A stretch of 62,726 nucleotides of DNA, counting the filler, from Vannella sp. (taxonomy: Eukaryota): the NCBI GenBank assembly GCA_023345925.1. It is 6 parts of 6 records of this genome, joined end to end, with 100 filler letters (N's around TTAATTAATTAA, not from the genome) between each part and the next. Parts side by side here need not be neighbours in the genome. Positions count along the whole stretch, not along the records: positions 17,941 to 30,171 come from JAJQQN010000190.1; positions 30,272 to 44,613 come from JAJQQN010000759.1; 4 more parts are not named here. One strand, written 5' to 3'. A model generated the notes under the pieces. The model was given only the letters and a program-made list of their open reading frames with translations. It was not told where the DNA came from and made no database searches. A program made the position numbers and the translations under genes. Below are positions 23,029 to 33,990 of this stretch, piece after piece (positions within the stretch are counted from its first letter, which is position 1; every line of letters begins with the position of its first letter).

Positions 23029-25927
23029 TCATTTCTTCTGAGAACCGATTGGTAGTAAAGCAAAGCGAGCAGCTGGTGCTGCTAAAGGGATGGCGTTGGG
23101 CCTCTCGAAGGTGCTTTTGGCTCCTCTGGGGGATGGTTAGCAGGTAGAACACTCTTGCAGTAGGGAACAGGGGATGAGCCACTTACGTTTGAGTGTGGAG
23201 ACGTTTGGTGTTGATGAGGAAGCCAAGAGAGACTGCGCTCTGTTGGTAAGCCTTTTCGACGTATTGAGAGACTCGTGGTTCATAGAAGGCCAAGTCTATG
23301 GGCTCAAACTGACTCTTGAGGGTAGATACAAGTCTTGTAGCAAGTTGACGCAAGTCTGTGGCCCACACTGGCGACGGAGAGGGAAAGGGGACTGAGGACG
23401 CTGACTCTTGTAGGACTTCAGGCCACTCTGAGGAGTTCTGGAAGGCACCAGCAAGCACATCAAGTAGGAAACGAAGGTCAAAGAGGAGTTGAACAAGCCC
23501 TTCGCGCGCAATCTTCCGGTTCTCGAGCGCTACAGAGTTCTCCTCCACCATGGCTTGGAGGGCCGGCAATACCTTCCAGAGAAGAGCTTGGCTGAAGAAG
23601 CGCACTACAAGAGTGTCCACAACATGCGCGCTCTGCTGATGGAGTACTTGGCAAGCGCTAAAGAGGGTTTGTGTGACAAAAGAGGACGGGAACGTCGGCA
23701 CTTTGATGGATTCCTTCTCCCCCTTCTGCAGGGAGACATCAATAGAGCTCCACGAGCTCTTTCTTGAAGAGGTATTCCAATCCTCGGCACGTAAATCACG
23801 ACAAAACTGCTCCCCCAGCGCTCCAGCTTGATATTGCGACCACCAAATGAATCCTCGAAGGTACTCTGACCGACACTGGCGCTCTAGCTTGACCTTCAAC
23901 GGGTTAGCTTCCACCTTAGGGCGGAGAGGAAGATACGAATAAGCCTGAGAGAATCGAGAGCTCTCATTCGCTGACGAGTTCACTTCTGGCGCCAAAATGG
24001 AGTCGATCTGGACCGACGTTTGAGCCAAAGCGGAGCAAAGCTTGGCTAAGAAAAGGATCTCAGCTTCGTTGGGGGACTGAAGGAGCTTCCCAATGGTGTT
24101 GCTAAAGCCTTGGATGAGTTGGCTGAGTGTCTGGAAGCAATACTGTTGAATGAATGACTGCAACTCGCTCACGGACGCTTGCTTCATCGAATAGAAGCTC
24201 AGAGAGCCACCAGAATCATGTGAACGCTTCCTTTTTTGTGCATCAGATGCCAAGAAAGATAGGTCAGCCATAGCTTGGGACAATTGAGCGTCCAAGGAGG
24301 CGACAATGGCCGACACCGCGGGCGGAATGCCGCTCGCTTTTGCCTTGATTTCATCCAGGGACTCCTCATTAGAGTTCTCCCAGACAGACAATCGAAGAGT
24401 GTTATCCTCTTGAGCGTTGAGCTGGGTTCTGGCCGCTGTGAGTGCCTGTTCGACTTGGCGGGAGATTGTGAGGGACTGGAAGTGATTTGTGATGATTTGT
24501 TTGGACTGTTGGAAGAACATTGGACTGAAGATGGAGTCCCAGAGGTTTTGGTAACTCTCTGGCAAGAGGAGACCACTCACAGAGGACCAAACAGACTTCT
24601 CTTCCTGCGAATTGAGTTGGGCCCAAACCTGTTTCTCCGCCTGCAGAAGCTTTTCGACCGAATTGATCTGAGCTAAGATACCAGAAGATGATTGGAGCAT
24701 CTGAGATACTTCTCCAATCCACCCTGTACAGCTTTGACGCATAAATGCCAGAGTCAGAGCCTCTTCTCCCTCTGTTGGGTTACTCCGAAGTAGCTCTTGG
24801 AAGAGGGGAACCTGGCGCCTACATTCGATGGCAGGTGAGCTATGTGATAGGTCTTCCCGCTCCTCCTGAGTCAAATACTCGGAGGAAATAAAAATCACCG
24901 CCGTGTGGAGGATCATTCTCTGGACTGCACGCGCTAACTGGATGACCCGCTCCACTGGAGGATCATCAGAAGCATCAATGCCTGACCTATTCTGGAGCGC
25001 CTCCACTGCAACCTTGATGGCTTCCTAAGGGGGAATCAGGCCATGTGGGGAAGGAATCCTCTTCGCCTACCTTGCGACGAGTCATGAAAAGAGCGAGAGT
25101 CTCTGTTAAAGTGAGCCCTTGAAGCTGTGAGAGAGCATAGAGGGCTCTTCCAAGATCCTGGAAGGAGAGGAGATCAAAACAGGTTGGAGATTCTGACAAG
25201 TAGCCTTCGTACCACTGCATGGACGTTGCATTCTAGCAACCGAGCATCGCTCTTGCTCTCAATCTTATCAGGGAACTGGCTGATAGTCGCCCACTGCCGT
25301 GATAGAAGCGGAATCGAGCTCTACTCCAGCCACGGGGGTCAGTTCTCGATGAGAGAAGGGTAGAGAGGCAAGTGGAGCTCACAAGAAGCGCAGAAGAGTA
25401 TTGGTCCTGTTCATGAAGCCTCTCATACCGAGCAAAGGCTTCCAGATACATATCTGAGGCACTGAGAAAGTCGTGCTTCTCCAGAGCCACCCAGATCCTC
25501 TCTGGCGTGTCTACAAGCTCTTTGATCTCTACAGCCACTGCCAAGGTACGAGAGGATACTAGAGAATCATCCTGGCGCGCTCTGGGCTGCAGAGAAGTGC
25601 GCATAAGGTGCTGAAGCTTCTGAGACTTCTCCTCGATGGAAAGTAAGTTCTCCCGCACAGCCTTGGTGGTAGCGTCCATCTCAATGATAGAGTCTGCAGA
25701 GTGAATCAAGTCACGATAGCGGTTGCTGTCCAACAGGGCCATTACAATCAGTCCTCGCCCACTTTGAACGGGGCGACTCACCCTACGAGCTCCCGCAGCT
25801 TCTCCTTCTTCTGCTCAATGTCTTGTTGCGTGGTCTTGCAGATACCTCGCACACTGTTCACGTTGTTCCTCTCAAAGAGCTGATTAACGCGGACTTCCAG
25901 CGACTTGGCCGACCCAAAGCCTTCCAT
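23029..25927 (-). CDS. COG1: Conserved oligomeric Golgi complex subunit 1 (multi-exon)
   Basis: N-terminal LFERNNV...IEQKKEKLRELVG/NRYRDLIHSADSI and TPERIW. C-terminal QLLFDLRFL, EPIDLAFY and NAIPLAAPAARFALLPI. Confidence 0.9.
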
Positions 25928-25999
25928 CGTCCCGCTCCGGCCCAAACAATGACTCAGACTCTACAGCAGGCCAGTGGCACTCTCCAACAAGCTAAGTGA

Positions 26000-27052
26000 T
26001 CACTCTTTATGAAGATCAGCTCGCGCAGCAGCGTGTGCCGCTTCTATGACTTGACTCTGCTCCTCTTCGAGGGCTTGGAGCTGTTCTGGTTGATTGCTCT
26101 GTTGTAAGAAGTCTCTCATTCGTGTGAACGATGCCAGGATGGGTGCTTGAGCTTCCTGTTTGATCTGAGCGAGGAGGAGGAGAGGAGCGGGCTCCTTTTG
26201 GTGCGTGAGAGCCTCGGCAAGGAGCTCGTAGGTGTGAATAGTAGGTGCAGTACCTTCTTGCTTCATGCCAGATGCTATCTGGAGGGCTTCTTCGCTTCTG
26301 CCTTGACTACAGAGCAAACGAATGATGCTATTGTACAAGACAATGCTCGGCTGCTGTCCTTTCGCCTGCATCGAGTTAAAGAGCTTCAGAGCTTCCTCGG
26401 TACGCGAATGAAGACAAAGGAACTGGATCAGTGTCGAGTAGGTGACTTGGTCCGGCTCAAGACCGGCACAGCGCATTGAAGTGATCATTTGGAGGGCTCT
26501 ATCATAGGCAGAGAGGTGACAAAGAGCATCAACTAGTAGGTTGTATGTCCCCACATCGGGTTGGAAGCCAGAGGCTCGCATCGAGTCGAAAGTCTCCAGC
26601 GCTTCCTCTAACTTACGGTGGACAAGCAGCGTGCGGATGATTGTGTTGCACAAGCGTACGTCTGAACCAATGTTACGTTCTCTCAGGGTATTAGAAACAG
26701 CAACAACCATGGCCATCGGCTCCTTTCCCGAGTAGAGAAAGACCAAGAGCGTGAAAAGGTTTAAAGCTGCACGATCAGGGGCCTCCTTGATGATTGAGAG
26801 TGCTCTTTGATAGTCTCCTTGCTTTGCAAAGCTGCTGATCTGCTGTTTAAGCGTCCTACTGGTTCCCCCAACCTCTTCTTGAGAAGGGGCGGCCTCCTTC
26901 GGCACTACTCGCCGCTCCTTGAAGCGCAGCTCGCCGCTACTCTCCGCAATGGTTCTCGTATCCCCACGCATCCTCTGCGAAGTCGCAACCACCCTCCCCA
27001 GCTCTCTACATCGAACATTGCGACCAACCAAACCACGAAAAGAGCCAAACAT
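26000..27052 (-). CDS. Pentatricopeptide repeat (PPR) protein, probably mitochondrial
   Basis: Tandem 35-aa P repeats (PDVGTYNLLV, PDQVTYSTLI, PSIVLYNSII, PTIHTYELL). Arg-rich N-terminus from MFGSFRGL. Confidence 0.9.
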   Translation of the reverse strand: MFGSFRGLVGRNVRCRELGRVVATSQRMRGDTRTIAESSGELRFKERRVVPKEAAPSQEEVGGTSRTLKQQISSFAKQGDYQRALSIIKEAPDRAALNLFTLLVFLYSGKEPMAMVVAVSNTLRERNIGSDVRLCNTIIRTLLVHRKLEEALETFDSMRASGFQPDVGTYNLLVDALCHLSAYDRALQMITSMRCAGLEPDQVTYSTLIQFLCLHSRTEEALKLFNSMQAKGQQPSIVLYNSIIRLLCSQGRSEEALQIASGMKQEGTAPTIHTYELLAEALTHQKEPAPLLLLAQIKQEAQAPILASFTRMRDFLQQSNQPEQLQALEEEQSQVIEAAHAAARADLHKE

Positions 27053-27122
27053 GCCTCCTGCGCCCTCCCAAACAGATGTAAAAGGTGTAGCATCATAGGA
27101 CAAGTCATTCTAAGCCGCCAGC

Positions 27123-28100
27123 ATGGGGCACCCGTCCTCCTTTGGCGAGATGAGGGGACTTGAGCAGAACATCTGTAATCCGATCCAGCCGCGCCTGGCT
27201 GTCTCCTTCTCAAGGGCGATCAACTCTCACTTCAGGAGGAGTATCCAGTTGAGCTTTCCGCACTTGGCCTTGATGCTGCAGTACCAGAAGGGGCGAACTT
27301 ACCTTTCTGGTACTCTCTCCGCAGACGGCTCTTTGCAGGCCTCGCTGGCCTATTTTCTCAGCCCTGAACTTACATATAGCTCTGAAGCTATGTGCTCTCC
27401 TTCGCCGGATAGCTTCCAGGTGAGATGGGACGAAGAGGGACCTTTGGGAAGCGTATTGAACCAAAGTGCGGTAGTTGCGACACTCTTTGGAGTACTCTGT
27501 AGAGCAAATGAGTGCATCTGTATCTTCTGACTTCAGTTCAAGCGTCCAACTGTCCGGTATTTACCACATGGCGATGGATGCCCCGATCATCCACTCCATT
27601 GGCGGCTCACTGAGCTTCCACAAGCCTTCCCTTCGCGAAGAGTCCTCTGATGGGGGCCCTCCCAAGATGGGTGAGTTCCCCTTCCTTCTCCTGCTCCCAC
27701 CAAAGCTCACAAACGACACAACCGATCAGTCCACGCGGTGATCGGGCACTACTGGAGTGGCGAGGAGACCGTAGGATCACACATGTACGACTTTGAGAGC
27801 CAATCGGCAACAGCTAGCCTGCTCAGGTACTTCCCCAACAACGGAATGGGGCTGGGAATCTCTGCCAAAGGCTCCTTGAAAGAGAGGCGCGGAGTCGTGC
27901 ATGTGAGCGGGTCTTATCCGCTTCCCGATCTCCCAGTGATGATCAGTGTGGGGGTCAACTCGGAGAAGAAGATCAGCTTGTCGCTCATGGGCATGTTGGG
28001 CGACTTTCTTCAAACCCAAGTGTCCCTCGGATACTGTTCCTCGAACGGGCCCGTTGGCAGCTTTATGCTCGAAATAAACGAGAACGCCGTGGTGCTCTAA
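27123..28100 (+). CDS. Divergent Tom40/eukaryotic porin family beta-barrel (multi-exon)
   Basis: GHPSSFGEM...SFSRAINSHF, LSGTLSADGSLQASL, LEYSVEQMSAS and SVGVNSEKKISLSL align by eye with Tom40 segments. The amphipathic beta-strand pattern is present. Confidence 0.6.
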
Positions 28101-28421
28101 CTTCCTAACCCTCTCACCCCCTTCCGCGTCCTTGATAGGAAGATATTGGGGCCGCCCAAGAATCGAGAATCATGATTCTCGCCTACTTCCTGGATGTTCC
28201 AAGATATCTCTCTTTCGGCGGTACTGTATACAGTCTAAAGTATCTCCTATGAAAGAGAGCTCTATATCCGGGAAACCATCTGCAGAACAGTGTTCCCTCC
28301 TCTTCTCCTGAGGAGAAGCAGTTGGCTGGGGGATAAGAAAGAGCTGACGTGATGGTGAAAGAGAGTCTTGATTGAGTTTTGAGGTCCAAAACGAGCATCT
28401 GAGCCACCAAGCAAAAGTGCA

Positions 28422-29423
28422 TTATCGCGGCTTCTTGGGAGCGAGGAAGTTGGTGGTCCGCAAGGCACGAGGGAGTGAGCTAATGTGTGTTCGAATGGTC
28501 TGTACGAAGTTGGCACTAAGCCAGCCGGTGGGAGGGCAGCGGATTTGGTAGCATTGATTGGGTTGGCGTCCAGGGAACGACAAGTAACCGAGGTGTAGAT
28601 GCATGGGCTTAGTTATAACAGGGCTGGCATATCGCTGATCACCAATGATAGGTGCATCCAAGGCAAAGCAGCTCGCCCTTAATTGATACGAGCGCAATGT
28701 CAACGGCTCCAAGCAGATCAGTGAGGAGGAAGTCTTAGTGATTTCTGGCTTTGAAGAGTAGCTTGCCTTTGCAGGTGCTTCTATCAGATCTGGAGCCCCA
28801 AGGACCTGGTACGAAGTGATCGCGGGTTGCCCTCCTTTTTGCACCAAAACCATTCTTTCCAACATGTCAGGCACTCTCAAAGGCATCCAGGAGTGGGAGA
28901 ACTCACTTGTTCTTTCCTTTCTTTGAGTTCAGCAAGCCTCCCACCATTTGCCCTTGAGGCATCTGTTGAAGCTTCTTGCTTTCTGCGATCACGCTAACTG
29001 CAGCGTAGTAGCGCACCACAAAGTTCTCTTTAGACCTTCCACGTGGAATCAGTACTACAACGAGAGTGAAGGGAGGGTCAGTTACCCTTTGACGTGGGTT
29101 TTGAAGAAATGGCGCTCGGCCGTGGCGCTCTTAGCGAAGACAGCAATGCCAGAGCAGCACTTCTCTATGGGAAGGACCACTCGTGGCTCAAAACGGAACC
29201 TAGATTGGATGTATGCGGCTACCTTGGTGTGGAACTCATCCTTCGGCTCCATTGAAACGTTCGCTGGCTTGTAAACGAACAAAAAGTCCTCGTCTTGCTC
29301 CACCACCCCATAAGGGAGCTCTCCCAACACCTTCACTTCTTCCAGCACCCCAGAATAGGCTCGCATTGGAAGCGACCTCCCTCCTAAACACCGCCAAAAG
29401 GATCCCGCCCGTGCCGCTCTCAT
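28422..29423 (-). CDS. RluA/RluD-family pseudouridine synthase-like protein, degenerate active site (multi-exon)
   Basis: Motifs EQDEDFLFVYKPA, VLPIEKCCSGIAVFAKS, AITSYQVL, LEPLTLRSYQLR, PIIGDQRY and MHLH. Presequence-like N-terminus. Confidence 0.8.
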
Positions 29424-29579
29424 TTACCCAGCAGGAAATGAAAAGGATGCTACTGGCGGTGTTTGTGATGATTCTAATCTTACTTTACAGAGTGTTTGGA
29501 CTGTGAGGGTGATCAAGGAGACCAACAATGGAAGTGCTTCGATTGGTCAAAGCCCACCAATCACAAATCAGTGAAGGAC

Positions 29580-29865
29580 TTCTGAAGTTGAGCAAGATGT
29601 CGTAGACCGTGTCGACCTCTCGAGCCATGGACTGCACACCTCGTCTGGAAATGAACATGTTGTCTCGGACCTTGGCGACCTCAACTTTCTTACGAACCAC
29701 GGACTGCACACTTCATCTGAAGATGAGCAAGGTGTCGGGGATCTTGGCGATGATGACTCGAACCCCGGGCTGCACACTTCGTCTGGAGTCAACCGGGTGT
29801 CGGAGACCTTGACGACCCCGACTTTCTCTCGAGCCCAGTACTGCGCACTTCATCTCTGTTGTCCA
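29580..29865 (+). repeat. Imperfect tandem repeat of 66-72 nt units, about 4 copies, in a decayed ORF
   Basis: Variants of ggactgcacacttcgtctg at about 29629, 29701, 29767 and 29837. The intervening sequences are also similar to each other. Confidence 0.8.
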
Positions 29866-30171
29866 GGGTTCTCTTTTGGGCCCTGCAACGTACCCCGCGA
29901 CAAACCCTCACGCTCTTCTCCAATGCAAGAATAGCCGCCGAGGAGAGTACCATCGCACCACCTATGCAGTTGCTACCATGGGGAAGACCCATCGCCTGCA
30001 GTTTCGCGGATTCCAACATACCCACCGCGGTGGGCTTTGAGGTGCAACCCGCCAGGTTTGTCAGACACAAGAGCCTCATGAGGAAAAGAGTTCTGCCTCG
30101 TGGTTCCTGTTGTTGATGTATTCCTCTGTCTTCCACGTAACTGAGTATCGAAGCCTCATCAGCTGATCATC

Positions 30172-30271
30172 NNNNNNNNNNNNNNNNNNNNNNNNNNNNN
30201 NNNNNNNNNNNNNNNTTAATTAATTAANNNNNNNNNNNNNNNNNNNNNNNNNNNNNNNNNNNNNNNNNNNN
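30172..30271. other. Artificial contig linker
   Basis: N44-TTAATTAATTAA-N44. Confidence 0.99.
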
Positions 30272-30655
30272 CGATATCTGGAACCGATAAAGCTCTGAAG
30301 TTGAACTTGCTCAGACTGTTTGGTGCCCTAGAGGTCAGTAATCTGCCCTTTGCTTGGAAAACAGACCAGGAGTTCACTCCCAATTTCGTTGCAAGTGGGA
30401 AGTCCGTTGCAACAGCCAGTCCCATTTGGAGAGCGCTGAGATGTATCAATTAAATCCCATCTTTTCGGTCAAAGTGGAGAACTCTGTCATGAGGCTCATG
30501 GAGCAAAAAAAAGACGAACTGGATGATCAACTCCATGTGTGTGTTAGAATGAGTAGAAAATCATTAAGTTAGTGATACCTCTTCAGAGGATCTATTATGT
30601 CAGATTGTTTCCTGTCATTTCCTCGAAACGGATCATTTTTCCCACCTCTTTGTCC

Positions 30656-33103
30656 ATGGACAAGCTCAATCACGAGGGGCATGGAGAAAGCATCCCCTTT
30701 GGTAATTCTATGGAGCAGCAAGTGAAGAACAGAGTGTACCACTTCGGTAAACAGAAGGATTCTCTGGTTTTCTTTGCTCAGCCTGTGCAGATATCTGCAT
30801 CTACCGGTCTCTGCATTGACGAAGAAAACTTGATTACATTCGCCTCTTCCCTGATCCAAAGTCAAGGAGAAGCAGCTTACATCTCCAAGGATCGAGTGAG
30901 CTTCCAAAACAAGCAATGGCTTTCTCACCTCCATGAGTACCTTCCTATTGCCACAGGTAAACTGTGCATCCCTTCCACCTTTCACGGCGAGCCAAAGCTC
31001 CAGGCAGCCATCTTTCAAAGGGCAGGAGAAACGGCCTCTCTCCCACTGCCTGAAAAAGGCACCTTTCTCCGGTTGCTCATTCAGATTCCCTCCAAGTGCA
31101 CCGGCGGTGCAATCACAGTTTGCCTCAACGGAGAGGATCATTTGCTTCCCTTTGACAGCGATCAGACCATGTTTTATTGCGGACTGGCCCTGTTTTACGC
31201 CGAAATGGAAGTTCGCATGGAAGAACTCAGCTCAGGAGAGCGCACCCTTCTGGTCTTTGACTTGGATTGGATGTTCGCAGATGGGTCCCCTCTTCCAACG
31301 CTTCGAAATACCAATCTTGCCTCAGAGCTTGCAGAGATCTTTGAAAAGTGGGAGAGCCATTCCCTTGTTTTCGCTTTGCCAGCTAAATCTGATGCAAAGT
31401 TCGACATTCACATGTTCTGCCGACTTGATAGTCCATATTTTGACCAAGTAGATGCTTCAATGATTAAGCAACTGATCGAATGCAATCAACATCTTTCAGA
31501 GAGAGCCAAAATACGAGTGTTCTTGGGAGAGATCCAGCAGCAGAGTTTCATTCCTGAGGAACAAGCCTACGTCGACGAGACAACAAAGCTCACCAATGTC
31601 GTCAAGCAATGGCGCGCAATGGACCATGGGCCTTGCTTCGATCCATTTCAATGCTCTCTTGAGGCAGATTTGGAACCATTCTCTCCTCATTTCAAGTTCT
31701 TCAGTTCCGGCACGGGGAGATTGAGCACTGGAACTTGGATTTCAAAACGGGCAACTGCGATTTTCGTTATGAGGGTCCATTCCTCACCGAAGTTTATCTC
31801 CTCCTCGAAAGATCCTCTGACCGCCCTGACGCGCATGGTTCTTGAATTGGGGCCAGATGCTCCAAAAGTGCGCTCTAAAGTGTCCTGGTTTTTCAAAAAC
31901 CGAAAAAGAAACTTTGAGGCCGTATTTCGACTGCTTCAAGGCTCTGCCTCTGCCATTCTGTTTGCTTGGAACTCGCTCTCCCCTGATACTGGTAATTCGT
32001 TGGCATTCAATCCTGTTTGGTTGGGACGCTTTGAAAGAGATCCTGCTGGTGAGGATGAATTGAGGCTTCAAGAAAAGTGGTTTCAATCTGAGGAAATCCA
32101 AAAGCAGTGGGGATTTAAAAGCACTATCAAACTGATATCTCCTTTGGTTCGACCAAACAATCCACTTTCGTTGAGGCTCCGTATCTCCAAGACGGTAACT
32201 CAACACAGAGATCGGGGCCGAAGTTTCGATGAGTTCTTCACAGTACTTTACCAACTTCTTAAGGACCAACCCTGGAGTGTCCTGGAGGAGGCATGGGACA
32301 AGATTCCGATCTTTCAAATGAAGCTTACCTTGGATATTCTCTGTGGCAGAATACCAGAAGTCTATCTCAACGACATCAATCCTTTGCTGAAAAGTGCGCA
32401 CCCATCACTGAGGGACGAAGGAGTCCCTCGAATCATGGAAAGTTGGATTAGAGAAGTTGAGAATCAGACTCCAAATCTCCCATTAGCCAAGATCCAGGAG
32501 TTGGTGTTTGAGTGCCACGAGAATGAGCTTGATAGGCATCTCGATGAAGTGGCCTCCAAACACATTCCTCCGCTATCCGAAAAAGAGAAGCACGAACTGC
32601 TGGTGTGGGTCAGAAAAAGTCTTCCAGACGGAATGACTCAACGCATGATTGTGAAGCTTGCGGTGAAGGACCGCGTTATGAAACTGAAACACACTGTAGG
32701 ATCAGAAGGGGGACAATTCGATGGATCTTATCCTTTTGCAATTTGTGATGATCCTGAAATACAGGAATTCTTGAGAGGCGAAGAGGTGACCCTTTGCCTG
32801 TTGGAGAAGTCCATCCGGGATTCTCGGTTCAATAGCTTCCGTCACGATTTTGGGTGGCGAGTTCGTATCACTTGCCAGTTTCACTCGGAGAACACCGAAA
32901 TGTGTCATTTTGACCCTGCGTACTCGATAAGTGTGAGCGGAGAGGACCAAATCATTCTCACAAAGACTGATGACTACTTTCTACTCCAGCAAAGGCTCAT
33001 GGAACAAAGAAAAGAAGAATTAGCAGCCCTCCTCTTGCTCACAGGACCAACAAAGCGAGTATTGCCACCAAGCATCAACCCTGCCAAACGTAAATGTGCT
33101 TGA
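30656..33103 (+). CDS. Large intronless protein with degenerate 2OG-Fe(II) oxygenase-like N-terminal domain
   Basis: GTFLRLLIQIPSKCTGGAITV...ALFYAEMEVRMEELSSGERTLLVFDL fits the DSBH pattern. C-terminal PEIQEFLRG...ILTKT block and a basic NLS-like end PAKRK. Confidence 0.6.
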   Translation: MDKLNHEGHGESIPFGNSMEQQVKNRVYHFGKQKDSLVFFAQPVQISASTGLCIDEENLITFASSLIQSQGEAAYISKDRVSFQNKQWLSHLHEYLPIATGKLCIPSTFHGEPKLQAAIFQRAGETASLPLPEKGTFLRLLIQIPSKCTGGAITVCLNGEDHLLPFDSDQTMFYCGLALFYAEMEVRMEELSSGERTLLVFDLDWMFADGSPLPTLRNTNLASELAEIFEKWESHSLVFALPAKSDAKFDIHMFCRLDSPYFDQVDASMIKQLIECNQHLSERAKIRVFLGEIQQQSFIPEEQAYVDETTKLTNVVKQWRAMDHGPCFDPFQCSLEADLEPFSPHFKFFSSGTGRLSTGTWISKRATAIFVMRVHSSPKFISSSKDPLTALTRMVLELGPDAPKVRSKVSWFFKNRKRNFEAVFRLLQGSASAILFAWNSLSPDTGNSLAFNPVWLGRFERDPAGEDELRLQEKWFQSEEIQKQWGFKSTIKLISPLVRPNNPLSLRLRISKTVTQHRDRGRSFDEFFTVLYQLLKDQPWSVLEEAWDKIPIFQMKLTLDILCGRIPEVYLNDINPLLKSAHPSLRDEGVPRIMESWIREVENQTPNLPLAKIQELVFECHENELDRHLDEVASKHIPPLSEKEKHELLVWVRKSLPDGMTQRMIVKLAVKDRVMKLKHTVGSEGGQFDGSYPFAICDDPEIQEFLRGEEVTLCLLEKSIRDSRFNSFRHDFGWRVRITCQFHSENTEMCHFDPAYSISVSGEDQIILTKTDDYFLLQQRLMEQRKEELAALLLLTGPTKRVLPPSINPAKRKCA

Positions 33104-33224
33104 ATATAGGTCGCTCGTGATGCATCTCCACTGTGACCAGCGTTTGCACCGCCTCCCCCAGCATCCTGATGGGCTCGACTGCGCAAGAGAAACATAAACT
33201 TGACAAAAAGCTTTTTCTGAAGAG

Positions 33225-33850
33225 ATGGAGGTCATGAAAGAATTCATTACCGCCCCGCTCATCCACGAGAAAAGTCGCGAGAGGGCATTTCCCCTCATTT
33301 GGAGCACCCAAAACTCAAAAATGAAATCAGCTCAAGAGCTTATTCTGAAGAGATGGAGTTCATCAGGACACTCTACGCAAACACGAGTTATGGAACCCTC
33401 TTCCCCTTCGCTCGTTAGGTTACGAAACGAGCGGATTCCATCAAGGATATGCAATAATTCTCACCTTTCATTCGTTCATTCATTGGGATGTGATTAAGTA
33501 TCTGAGTCAGCTTCACTGTGCAACGATCTCATCACACACTTGATCTCTTTTAAATACAGCTCGCTACCTGCTTCGATCTCTTTTGAATACCTCTCGCGGC
33601 GGAGATGGGGCCACATTCAGCAGATTCTCTTTTGGAAAGCAGGAGAAATCAGAAATGATCCAAAAGTGCGCTCCAAAGTGTCCTCCGATACTTCGAAAAG
33701 AGAAAACGAAAGTTTGAAGTCTTCAAGGCTCAGCCTGTGCCATTCTGTTTGCTTGGGACTCCCTCTCCCCAGAATTGGCAATCCATTGGTATTTTATCCT
33801 ATCTGGGGCACTTTGTCACAGAACCTCCTGATTCGCATTATTAGTACCCA
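33225..33850 (+). pseudogene. Decayed partial duplicate of the upstream 30656-33103 gene
   Basis: 33660-33684 matches 31862-31886 and 33721-33770 matches 31934-31983. The reading frame is broken. Confidence 0.75.
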
Positions 33851-33870
33851 ACCCTAAACCCTAAACCCTA
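33850..33870 (+). repeat. Interstitial telomere-like tract (CCCTAAA)~3
   Basis: aaccctaaaccctaaacccta. Confidence 0.8.
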
Positions 33871-33990
33871 CATCCTACTCCTCCAACTTTGATGTGTTCA
33901 CCGAGTCCATGCCTTATCGACGGCGAATAGTCTCTTTCCCAAATAGAGGCCAAGCAAGTCTCGCGTTCTATTGCTCAAGAGGGAGAGTGC

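Noticed and set aside
29629..29860. CRISPR-like periodic repeat of about 21 nt
   Set aside because: The spacers resemble each other, the repeats are degenerate, there are no cas genes and the context is eukaryotic. It is a tandem repeat.
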